Positions 1 through 9,726 of a DNA stretch of 64,000 nucleotides are shown in pieces. A program made the translations under genes and the position numbers. Position 1 is the stretch's first letter. Every line of letters starts with the position of its first letter. Under the pieces are notes generated by a model. It had not been told where the DNA came from, searched no databases, and worked only from the letters and a program-made list of their open reading frames with translations. Source of the DNA: an uncultured Planctomycetota bacterium (lineage in GTDB: Bacteria; Planctomycetota; PLA2; JAEUHO01); the NCBI GenBank assembly GCA_963772585.1, contig CAVYXV010000004.1:275375-339374 (forward strand), given 5' to 3'.

Positions 1-331
1 GAGGTAGGCCAAGGCCCCGGCCGCCCAGCTGGCGTACTCGAGCTTGCTCGGCCCCCGGCCGTCGTGGGAGGCGTAGCCCATGGACTCGCTCGCGTCGATG
101 ACGAGATGGGCCTCGAGGTTGGTCTCCTCCTCGTATCGCTTGATGTAGAGGCGGTCCGTCCGTCCGTAGACCCGCCAGTCCAGGAAGCGGAGGTCGTCGC
201 CCGGGACGTATTCCCTGTGCTCGGCGAACTCCACGGAGAACCCGTGGAAGGGGCTCCGGTGCAGGCCCGAGACGTAGCCCTCGACGATGCGCTTCGCCTT
301 GAGCTCGAGCCCCGAGACCTGATCGAGGACC

Positions 332-361
<30 letters not shown>
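1..361 (-). CDS. DUF58-domain protein, partial (3' end runs off the window start)
   Basis: Reverse-strand translation of 1-361 reads ...[86 protein letters not shown]..., the hallmark DUF58 motif. It lies immediately downstream of MoxR on the same strand, and a candidate GTG start at 359-361 overlaps the MoxR stop. It is absent from the ORF track because it has no stop inside the window. Confidence 0.6.
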
Positions 362-1399
<1,038 letters not shown>

Positions 1400-1452
1400 C
1401 GAGGAGGTCTCCAGAGGGCGACGGGGAGGTCAGAAGGGCATTGAACCAGGGG

Positions 1453-3722
1453 TCACCGGGGGGGTTCGGCGGGTTGCCGGTGCCAGAGGGCGATCCGGTC
1501 CTCGCCGACGGCGAGGATGCCGCGGTCCGGCACGGGGATCAGGTTCCCGAAGGGGCCGGGCCCCGGCGCGAACCCCGTTCGGAACGTCTCGGGAACGACG
1601 CTCGCATCGGCCGTCTGCAGCACCTTCCCGCCGAGGAGATCGTAGACGACGAGGGCGTACGCCGTCGGTACCACCACCTCGTGCGCGGTGAGCAGCGCCC
1701 GGCCGTACGTCTCCGCGCCCTGTCCGGTCGTGGACACGCCGCGCCACAGCTCTCCGCCCAGCGGGGCGAGGGCGTCGAGCACGACCACCATGGGCGGCGG
1801 CCGTTCGCCCTCGGGACTCGCGCCCTTGCCGGCCAGGACGAGGCGCGCCACGCCGTCCTCGGCCGAGGCGTCGAGCCCCACGACCTGCTCCACCGCGAAG
1901 AGGGGGAAGTCGAAGCGCCGGTGGAGGCGCCACAGGACCAGGGCGCGGTCCCGCCCGCGCGGGCGGTCGAAGAGGAAGAGGAGATGCGGGCCGTCGGTGG
2001 GCGCAACGAACACCCGCTGGAGCGCGAGAAGGGGCGGCTGGTTGTCGAAGCCGCTCTGCCGCGGCGTGCCGTCGCGCAGGCCCTCGAGCCGGCGTGGGCG
2101 GCCGCTCGACACGGCGCCGCGATCGTAGCGGAAGGCCCAGTGCACGCGCCCGTGCCGGGCGTCCACGGCGACCACCGTGCCGAGAGACGTGGCCACGACC
2201 ACCCGCCCCGCCGCGCCGGCGGGGGAGGAGGGGATCGCCTCGTCCGGCCGCCCGCCCCGGACCGGCGGGCCCGCCCCGAGCCACGTCTTGACCGCCACGG
2301 AGCCGTCCTCGGGATCCAGGCCGAGCAGCCACGCCTCCGCCTGGTCCACGGAGCCTTCCAACGGTCGGATCCCCGCGACCCACAGCCGGCCGCGGTAGAG
2401 CAGCGGGGCGCCGTAGAGACGGATCCTCCCGGGCAGGCCCTCCCGGTCGTGGTCCATGTCCAGGCGCCACGCGATCTCGAGCCGCCGGCCGTCCCACACG
2501 AGCGCGACGATCGCGTCGCTGCGGTCCCCGGCGTACGACCACGCGTCCCCGCCGGTGCCGTGGAAGGAGTACGCGGCGAAGCCGTCGCTCCCCGGGATCG
2601 CGGCGTAGAGCAGGCGTGTGTCGCTCGTCGCGGGGCCGAGCGTCAGGGCGTAGCCTTCCAGCAAGCCCAGCACGGCCACCGGCTCCTCGTCGGGACCGGG
2701 TTCGGGCAGGGGTTCGAACGGGACCCCGTCCAGACGCTTGCCGCTCGCCGCGTCGAAGGCCTGGACCGAGGCCCCGTCGTTCACGAACACGGTCCGACCG
2801 TCCGTGACCGCGCGGGGGGGGATCCACGGACTCGGGCGTCCGTCCGCGTGGACGTCGATGCGCGGGAGGGCGTCGGGATCCGCGTGGAGCACCGCCTGCC
2901 AGGCGGGGACGAGATCGCCGTCCACCGGGGGAGCGACGGCGGCGCGGTCGGCCGCCCCGCCGGTCGTGGGCCACGAGCGCGCGCGGGCCCGCGGAGGGCG
3001 CAGGGCGGGGGGAACGGTGGGCGACGGACCGCCGTCGGCCGAGGCCTTCGCGAGGAACGCCCGGACCTCCTCCTCGCGGCCGGGAGCCGCCAGCGCCGCC
3101 GCCATCCGGGCGATCCGGGCATCGCGCCAGGGGGCGAGGGCCGCCGGATCCTCCGCCGTCACCTCTTCGACGTCCTCGAGGCGTTCGAGCCAGATCATCG
3201 CGCCGTCGCGATCCCCCCGCTCCAGGGCGAGATCGGCGAGGTAGAGCGCGGCGCGACGTCCCTCGGCGAGCGGCAGGAAGCGATCGACGACCCGGGCCAG
3301 CATCCCCCGGTCGCGACGCTGGAGCGCGCGGCGCAGCAGGGTGGAGGCGAGGTCGCCGTACTCCCGCCGGTACGCCTCCAGGGCGGGGGCGCCCGCCTCG
3401 AGGATCCGGTGGTGGGCGACGCGCCACGCACCCTCGTAGACCGCCGTCCCGCGAACGGGGCAGACGTAGGGCGCGGCGGCACCGGGGTCGTCCTCGCTCG
3501 TCCACCGATCGGCCACGGCCTGCCACGCCCGCACGAACGCGTTCCAGTCCTCCGCCTCCTTCGCGCGGTCGGCCTCGCGCATGGCGGTGAGGATCGGCGG
3601 CGCCTGGTCCTGCAGGAAGGAGGTGTTCTGTTCGGGGGCGTCCCCGGTCTGCCGGCCGACGGCCGCCCCGGGCATCGCGCACAGCACCGGGAGCAGGAGC
3701 GGGAGAACGAGGCCGACCTTCA
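1453..3722 (-). CDS. secreted hypothetical protein (helical/TPR-like N-terminal region plus a Trp/Gly-rich probable beta-rich region)
   Basis: Long reverse ORF (1453-3867). The likely start is the internal MKVGLVLPLLLPVLCAMPGAAVG signal peptide at about 3722. No recognisable catalytic motif. It is upstream of moxR on the same strand. Confidence 0.55.
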
Positions 3723-3796
3723 TGGCCGGATCTTCCCACGGCTTCGCCGGTCGCGGGTGCCTCGCGCGCGGCGCCGTCTCTCCGGCCGGCCGCGCG

Positions 3797-4090
3797 CTAC
3801 CGATGCGTCGGGGCGAGAAGGAGCCGGCGGAGCGCGCGTTCCCGCGAGAAGCGCCCCGCGCGGGCATCCCGGATGGCCTGTCCGAGCTCCAGCAGGTGGT
3901 CCTCCTGGGCGGCGGTCTCGCGCCGAAGCGTCGCGAGGTCCCCCGCGAGGGCGCTGCGGCGCCACGCGGCCGGCACGGTGGAGAGCCCCAGGACGCCGAT
4001 CCCGAGCAGGGCGACGAGTCCGACCCAGGCGGGAAGGGGCCGCGGCCGCCCGCCTGCCGGGGGAAGGAGCACGGGATCCGTCCTGTTCAA
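3797..4090 (-). CDS. small membrane-anchored coiled-coil protein (hypothetical)
   Basis: Tail of ORF 3797-4276(-). Reading from a TTG at 4090 gives LNRTDPVLLPPAGGRPRPLPAWVGLVALLGIGVLGLSTVPAAW (one transmembrane segment) followed by a charged helical segment. It fits the gap between the divergent pssA gene and the secreted-protein gene. The start is uncertain. Confidence 0.25.
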   Translation of the reverse strand: MNRTDPVLLPPAGGRPRPLPAWVGLVALLGIGVLGLSTVPAAWRRSALAGDLATLRRETAAQEDHLLELGQAIRDARAGRFSRERALRRLLLAPTHR

Positions 4091-4208
4091 GCCGCCTCCC
4101 GGAGGCCGGATCCACGCTGATCGCGGCCCCCCTGTCCCCCTGGATCGGACCGGGACGCGCCCGGCTTTCGGCCCGGCCGCCGCCAGGGAGGCCCGTACCC
4201 TGGCGCCT

Positions 4209-5261
4209 GTGAAGCCGCACTTGCCGAGGGCGCGCCGGCGCCGACCGCGCATCCGGTCGATTCTCGTCCTCCCCACGTACGTGACGATGGGGAACCTGCT
4301 GGCCGGGCTCCTGGGGATCGTCTACCTCCAGGACGCCGCCCGGGCCGAGGACCCGACCCCGCTGTGGGTCAAGGCCGCCTGGATGATCTTCCTCGGCATG
4401 CTCTGCGACGCGCTGGACGGTCGCGTCGCCCGTTGGACCCGCAGCAGCAGTCCGTTCGGGGCCCAGCTCGACAGCCTGGCGGACGTCGTCACCTTCGGCA
4501 TCCTCCCGGCCCTCCTCGCCCGGTCGATCCTGGGCCAGGCGTTCCCCCACGTCGGGGGGCGTCTCCTCCTCGGCGTCGTGGCCGTCTACGTCGTCGGCGC
4601 GACGCTCCGCCTCGCCCGCTACAACGTCGAGTCCGCGCGGGTGACCTCCGACGGCAGCCAGCACGTGACGATGATGTTCCGCGGGCTCCCCAGCCCCGCC
4701 GCCGCCGGCACGATCGCGAGCCTGGTCCTGCTCTACGAGTCGTACGACCTGAAGGGGCTGGAGATCGCCCTCCTCCTGATCACGCCGGCGCTGGGCCTGG
4801 TCATGATCAGTCGCTTCCCCTACCCGCACCTGGCGAACCGGCTGCTCGAGGGCCACCGCGGCCTGCCGACCGTCGTCGTCCTGATCTGCGCGACCTTCCT
4901 GGGGATGGTGCACTTCGTCGAGACGATCGCCGCCGTGTTCTTCCTCTACGCGGCGTCGGGCGCCGTCACGTGGCTCGTGGCCCGGATGACCGGTTGGCCC
5001 TCCTGGGGCTTCCACGAAGGGAAGGACGAGGCGCCGGCCCCGGCCATCGACGACGAGGACGACGACCTCGACGACCTCGACGACGAGGACGACATCGACG
5101 ACATCGACGACGACCACGACGACGAGGACGACATCGACCACGAGGACGACATCGACGACAACGACGACGACCACGACGACGAGGACGACATCGACGACGA
5201 CGACGAGCACGCTGCCGACGATGCCTCCGCGGGGCGCGGCCGGGACACCGACGAACGGTGA
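4209..5261 (+). CDS. pssA: CDP-alcohol phosphatidyltransferase, PssA-like phosphatidylserine synthase, with a long poly-Asp/Glu C-terminal tail
   Basis: Contains the CDP-OH phosphatidyltransferase signature DG(x2)AR...G(x3)D(x3)D in ...MLCDALDGRVARWTRSSSPFGAQLDSLADVVTFG..., and the N-terminal ILVLPTYVTMGNLLAGLLGI typical of PssA. GTG at 4209 is chosen as the start; the ORF-track ATG at 3873 would add about 110 residues of GC-junk-like sequence. The C-terminus is about 70 residues of repetitive DDEDDIDD-type acidic sequence. Confidence 0.75.
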   Translation: MKPHLPRARRRRPRIRSILVLPTYVTMGNLLAGLLGIVYLQDAARAEDPTPLWVKAAWMIFLGMLCDALDGRVARWTRSSSPFGAQLDSLADVVTFGILPALLARSILGQAFPHVGGRLLLGVVAVYVVGATLRLARYNVESARVTSDGSQHVTMMFRGLPSPAAAGTIASLVLLYESYDLKGLEIALLLITPALGLVMISRFPYPHLANRLLEGHRGLPTVVVLICATFLGMVHFVETIAAVFFLYAASGAVTWLVARMTGWPSWGFHEGKDEAPAPAIDDEDDDLDDLDDEDDIDDIDDDHDDEDDIDHEDDIDDNDDDHDDEDDIDDDDEHAADDASAGRGRDTDER

Positions 5262-6664
5262 GCGCCTCGCGGGACACCACCCCGGCGTTCGTGGCGTTGG
5301 GATCGAACGCCGCCGACGCGCGGGGTGCGCTCGAACGCGGGCTCGCCGGACTGGTCGAGGGAGGGGACGAGGTGGCCGCCGTCTCCCAACCCGTCCTCGC
5401 GCCGTACGAAACCGCGCCGGGCCGCCCCACCGACGCGGTCGCCCCCGTGCTCGACGTCGTCGTCCGGGTGGCGACGCGCCGCTCGGCCGAGGATCTCCTC
5501 GCGCGCCTCGGTGAGCTGGAGGACGCCGCCGGGCGCGTGCGCGACGGCCGCGGGGAGCGGACCCTCGACGCGGACCTCCTCGCCTACGGCGACCGCATCG
5601 CCGACGGGACGCCGACGCTCCCGCATCCCCGCGCGCTCGCGCGGGCCTTCGTGCTCGCGCCCTGGTCGGAGCTCGACCCGCTCTACCCCGTGCCCGGCAC
5701 GGGTGCGCGCGTCGTCGAGCACGAGCTGTCGCTCAAGGCGCGCCACCCGGAGCGCTTTGCCGCGCTCTCGTTCGAAGCGAGGCTCGCCCTGCCCGCGCGG
5801 GGCGCGCGACCGCTTCTCCTCCGGTACCGGGCGGCGCGCGAGGCATGGCGGCGAAACGTCAGGGGACCGGTGGGCGTGGTGCCCACGATGGGCGCGCTGC
5901 ACGAGGGCCACGCCTCGCTCCTTCGCCGGGCGCGGGCCGAGTGCGAGGCCGTCGCCGCGACGATCTTCGTGAACCCGATGCAGTTCGGACCCGCGGAGGA
6001 TCTGGAACGGTACCCGCGCACCCTGGAGGCGGACCTGGACGTGCTCGCGCGGGCGGGTGCGGATGCCGTCTACCTGCCGGCCGTCCCGGAGGTCTACCCC
6101 CCGGGGTTCGCCACGCGCGTCGTCCCCGAGGGACCGGCGGAGGGGCTCGAAGGGAACCGGCGGCCGGGCCATTTCGCGGGCGTGGCCACCGTCGTGCTGA
6201 AGCTGTGGTTGGCCATGAGACCCGACCGCATCTACTTCGGGAGGAAGGACGCCCAGCAGGTCGCCGTCGTCCGGCGGATGGCCCGCGACCTGGATCTCCC
6301 CGGCCGGATCGTGGTCGGGCCGACGGTCCGGGATCCGGACGGACTGGCGCTCTCGTCCCGCAACCGGTATCTCACACCGCCCGAGCGGGAGCAGGCGCTG
6401 GCCCTGCCCCGCGCCCTGGAGGCCCTGGTGCTCGAGGCATGGACGACGCCCGATGACGCCGAGGCCCCCGTGGCGAGGGCCCGTTCCGAGATGGAAGCGT
6501 GCGGGCTCGACGTGGACTACGTGGCGCTGGTGGACCCGGACACGATGCGCCCGGCCGCGGCGTCGGGGGATCCCGAGCTGGCCGTCGCCGCGGCCCGCAT
6601 CGGCAGGACGCGCCTGCTCGACAACCGGTGGGTGATCCGCCGTCCCGCGGGAGGCGCGCCGTGA
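5258..6664 (+). CDS. folK-panC: bifunctional 6-hydroxymethyl-dihydropterin pyrophosphokinase (FolK) / pantoate--beta-alanine ligase (PanC) fusion
   Basis: N-terminal part FVALGSNAADARGALERG...TLDADLLAYGDRIADGTPTLPHPRALARAFVLAPWSEL matches HPPK. C-terminal part ...RPLLLRYRAAREAWRRNVRGPVGVVPTMGALHEGHASLLRRA...FVNPMQFGPAEDLERYPR...GHFAGVATVVLKL...FGRKDAQQ... matches PanC. One continuous frame 5258-6664 with no stop and no plausible internal start ahead of the PanC module. The GTG start overlaps the pssA stop (GTGA). Confidence 0.8.
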   Translation: MSASRDTTPAFVALGSNAADARGALERGLAGLVEGGDEVAAVSQPVLAPYETAPGRPTDAVAPVLDVVVRVATRRSAEDLLARLGELEDAAGRVRDGRGERTLDADLLAYGDRIADGTPTLPHPRALARAFVLAPWSELDPLYPVPGTGARVVEHELSLKARHPERFAALSFEARLALPARGARPLLLRYRAAREAWRRNVRGPVGVVPTMGALHEGHASLLRRARAECEAVAATIFVNPMQFGPAEDLERYPRTLEADLDVLARAGADAVYLPAVPEVYPPGFATRVVPEGPAEGLEGNRRPGHFAGVATVVLKLWLAMRPDRIYFGRKDAQQVAVVRRMARDLDLPGRIVVGPTVRDPDGLALSSRNRYLTPPEREQALALPRALEALVLEAWTTPDDAEAPVARARSEMEACGLDVDYVALVDPDTMRPAAASGDPELAVAAARIGRTRLLDNRWVIRRPAGGAP

Positions 6665-9309
6665 CGCCCCGGGCCCCCTCCCTCGCGCTCGCCGCCCTCG
6701 TGCTGTTCCTCGCCGCGCCCCGGACCCCTGCGGCGGAGGAGCTCGCCGAGGCCCGGCACCGCTTCCTTTCCACGCGGGACGTGGCCGCCCTCCAGGCCGC
6801 CTTCGCGGGGAGCGCGCCTCGCGAGCCGGACGCCGTGACGGATGCACGCCTCGTGGGCCTCGCATCGCTCCCCGATGCGGAGGTGGCCGCGACCGGTGGC
6901 ACGGGCTACGCGGCCGTACCCGACGTGGTGACCGCGCTCCGGCGTCTCGACCCGACCGAGGCCGAAGGGGCGCTCACCCGCGTCCGCCAGCAAGCCCGCG
7001 TGTTCGAGCTCGACGGGTGGCTGGGCGCGCTGCTGGCCGCGCGGCGCGGCCGGGACGCGGACGCCGAGCAGACCCTGCGGTCGCTCGGCGCCTCGCCGGC
7101 ACCCGCGGAGGAGGCGGCCTTCCGTCTGGCGCTCGTGGGGGCGGCCCTCCCCGAAGACGACCGCCTCCTGCTCGCGGGAACGGCGCGCGAGGCGCTCCTC
7201 GCCGCCGCGACCGACGGCGACCTCGCCGCCGCCGAGGGCATCGGCCGGCGCCTGGCCGGCCTCGACCCGGGCTTCGGCGCCGAGGCGATCGGCCTCGCCG
7301 CCTTCGCGTGGACGCGGGCCGGTCGGCCCGAGCGAGGAGCGACGCTGTTCGAGGGCGCCGAGTCGCGCTGGGTGACGCCCGACGCGTCGGCCTTGCTGGC
7401 GCACGCCGCGTGGGCGTGGCGGCGGGGACGGCGGGCGGAAGCCTCCCGGCTCGTCGGCGACCGCGACATGCCCGCGGGGCTCGCGCCCATCGCGCAAGCC
7501 CTCGTGCGGGGCGGCGGTTCGCCCTCGTCTCCCGTGCCGGACGGTCCCGTCCACCTGCCTCCGGATCGCCGCGTGCCGGCGCTGGTCGCCGAGCTGGCGA
7601 GCGATCTGGGCGTCGCGACCACCCCGGCGGAGGTGGACGCGCGCGCCGTCGCGCTCGACCGGCAGAGCGACGAACTCGGCTTCGTCAAGCGCTTCCTCGA
7701 GGAGCGCGGCCTCGCCGTCCGCTGCTCGGCGGGCACGGATGCGGGGCTCGCCGGCGCCCTCGAGCGCGGGTACGCGGCCTTCCTGCTCCACCTGGAGGCG
7801 CCGCGGGACGGCTTCGAGTGGACATGGCGGCTGGTCCGGGCCCGGGACGCGGAGACCGGTCTGTGGATCGCCGAGACCGCGAACCTGGGGGATCCCGGTC
7901 TCCTCGCGCCCAACCTGCCGCGCGAGTCGCTGATGCTGCTCGTCGCTCCGGCGAAGGACGCGGACGGACTCGACGCCGTCGTGTCGGACGCGGAGAAGCG
8001 GCTCGGAACGGTCCTTCTCGACGCGATCTCGGACGCCGACGCCGGCCATCTGCGAGCCGGCGCCAACCGGATCCGCTCCGCCTACGAGGGAACGCCGCCG
8101 TACGTGGCCGCGGTTGCCGCGGCGTGGCTGCTCTACCAGCGATACGTCGAGACGCAGCCCAACTCCCCCGCGAACCAGGACCGCGTCGCCATCGCCGAGT
8201 GCCGCGACCTGCTCCAGCCGCTGTTGGGTGCCGGCGGCCTCTGCGCGTTCGTGCCGTACGGGTACGGTACGGCCACGCTGCTGGCCCCGGGAACGCGCGA
8301 ACCGGGCAAGGAGGCGGCCGCCGCCCTCGACCGCGCCCGCGACCTCGCGCCCGCCTCCGCCCAGGTGGCGCTTGCCGGCTCCGACGCGCACATCATCGCC
8401 GGGGACCGCGACGTCGCGTTTCGCGCCATCGAGCGCGCGCGGCGGCTCGACCCGCTCGACGTCCGCGCGCTCTTCAAGCGCGCCCTCATGCGGGACGCCC
8501 TCGGCGACACGGAGCGCGCCCGGGCCGACCTCCTCCGCGTCTTCGATCGCCGGCCCGATTGGGTTCGCGGAGCCATGGCGCTCACGCTGCTCGAGTTGAA
8601 CGCCGGCCTCCCGCGCGAGGCGCTCGCCCACCTCGACCGGCTCGTCGCGGCGGTGCCCGAGGTCGGTCAGGAGGAAGCCGTAAGACACCAGCGCGGCCGC
8701 GCCGAGGCCATGCTCCTGCAGCGCGCTTCCTCCGCGGACGAGGTCGAGCCGCTGCTCGCGAGCTCGCTACCGCAGACGAGGCGGTTGATCGCGTTCGCCC
8801 TCGCCCGGTGGGAGACGAACGAGTCCGAGGCGTTGATGCGCCGGCTCCTGCACGACGAGAACGAGGGCGTGCGCGGTACGGCGTTGAAGGTGTACATGCG
8901 TCCGTGGCTCCGCGCGCGCGTCGAGCAGGACACCGCGCTCGGGCGCACGATCCAGGATCTCCTCCACACGGACGAGTCGGAACTCGTCCGCGGAGCCGCC
9001 GCCGGCCTGCTCGGGCTCGTCGAGGCGACGTGGGCCGGACGCGAGCTCGCCAGCGCGCTGATCGGCAATCGCCGGGACGACTCGCCCTACGTCCGCGCGG
9101 AGGTGGCCAACGCCCTTACCCGCCACGACGGACCTCTCGCCCGCAAGAGCCTGGTCGCGGCGCTCGACGATCCCGACGCCGACGTTCGACGGGCCGCGAT
9201 CGACGCCCTGTTCCGGGTCGCCGCCACGTACCGGGGCTACGACCCCGACGCCTCCGCCGAGGCCCGGGCCGAAGCCGTCGCCCGCTGGCGGGCCTGGGCG
9301 GAACGGTAG
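6661..9309 (+). CDS. secreted TPR/HEAT-repeat protein (hypothetical)
   Basis: The GTG at 6661 overlaps the panC stop. N-terminal signal peptide (SLALAALVLFLAAPRTPAAEE), TPR-like helical repeats, and C-terminal HEAT/PBS-lyase-like repeats (DENEGVRGTAL..., DESELVRGAAAGLL..., DDSPYVRAEVANAL..., DPDADVRRAAIDAL). Confidence 0.6.
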   Translation: MTPRAPSLALAALVLFLAAPRTPAAEELAEARHRFLSTRDVAALQAAFAGSAPREPDAVTDARLVGLASLPDAEVAATGGTGYAAVPDVVTALRRLDPTEAEGALTRVRQQARVFELDGWLGALLAARRGRDADAEQTLRSLGASPAPAEEAAFRLALVGAALPEDDRLLLAGTAREALLAAATDGDLAAAEGIGRRLAGLDPGFGAEAIGLAAFAWTRAGRPERGATLFEGAESRWVTPDASALLAHAAWAWRRGRRAEASRLVGDRDMPAGLAPIAQALVRGGGSPSSPVPDGPVHLPPDRRVPALVAELASDLGVATTPAEVDARAVALDRQSDELGFVKRFLEERGLAVRCSAGTDAGLAGALERGYAAFLLHLEAPRDGFEWTWRLVRARDAETGLWIAETANLGDPGLLAPNLPRESLMLLVAPAKDADGLDAVVSDAEKRLGTVLLDAISDADAGHLRAGANRIRSAYEGTPPYVAAVAAAWLLYQRYVETQPNSPANQDRVAIAECRDLLQPLLGAGGLCAFVPYGYGTATLLAPGTREPGKEAAAALDRARDLAPASAQVALAGSDAHIIAGDRDVAFRAIERARRLDPLDVRALFKRALMRDALGDTERARADLLRVFDRRPDWVRGAMALTLLELNAGLPREALAHLDRLVAAVPEVGQEEAVRHQRGRAEAMLLQRASSADEVEPLLASSLPQTRRLIAFALARWETNESEALMRRLLHDENEGVRGTALKVYMRPWLRARVEQDTALGRTIQDLLHTDESELVRGAAAGLLGLVEATWAGRELASALIGNRRDDSPYVRAEVANALTRHDGPLARKSLVAALDDPDADVRRAAIDALFRVAATYRGYDPDASAEARAEAVARWRAWAER

Positions 9310-9347
9310 TCGCCGCCCGCGGCGGCGCGTGCCAAGATGGGGGGATC

Positions 9348-9710
9348 ATGCAGCGTTTCATGCTCCGCTCCAAGATCCACGGCGCCCGGGTCACCGAGGC
9401 CGACCTCCACTACGTCGGCAGCATCACGATCGACCGCGACCTGCTCGACGCGGCCGACCTCCTCCCCGGCGAGAAGGTCCTCGTCATCGACCTGGAGAGC
9501 GGCGCGCGACTGGAGACGTACGTCTTCGAAGGCGCCCGCGGCTCCGGCGTGATCGGCGTGAACGGGGGCGCGGCGCGCCATTGCCAGGTCGGCGACCGCC
9601 TGCTGATCATGGCGTTCGCCGCCCTCGAGGAGCACGAGTTGGCAGGGCACCGGCCCCGGCTCGTCTTCGTGGACGAGAACAACGCCGTCGGCTCTGCCGT
9701 CCGGTCCTGA
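9348..9710 (+). CDS. panD: aspartate 1-decarboxylase
   Basis: 120 aa: MQRFMLRSKIHGARVTEADLHYVGSITIDRDLLDAADLLPGEKVLVIDLESGARLETYVFEGARGSGVIGVNGGAARHC... is a textbook PanD, including the pyruvoyl-forming G-S site. It is buried inside spurious ORF 7017-9710 in the ORF track. Confidence 0.9.
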   Translation: MQRFMLRSKIHGARVTEADLHYVGSITIDRDLLDAADLLPGEKVLVIDLESGARLETYVFEGARGSGVIGVNGGAARHCQVGDRLLIMAFAALEEHELAGHRPRLVFVDENNAVGSAVRS

Positions 9711-9726
9711 AGGGCCGGGGCGGGAC

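Noticed and set aside
3873-4208. ORF-track ATG start for pssA at 3873
   Set aside because: It would prepend about 110 residues of Arg/Pro/Ala-rich sequence, overlap the divergent small membrane ORF and run almost to the secreted-protein gene. The PssA N-terminal consensus begins at about 4209-4260.
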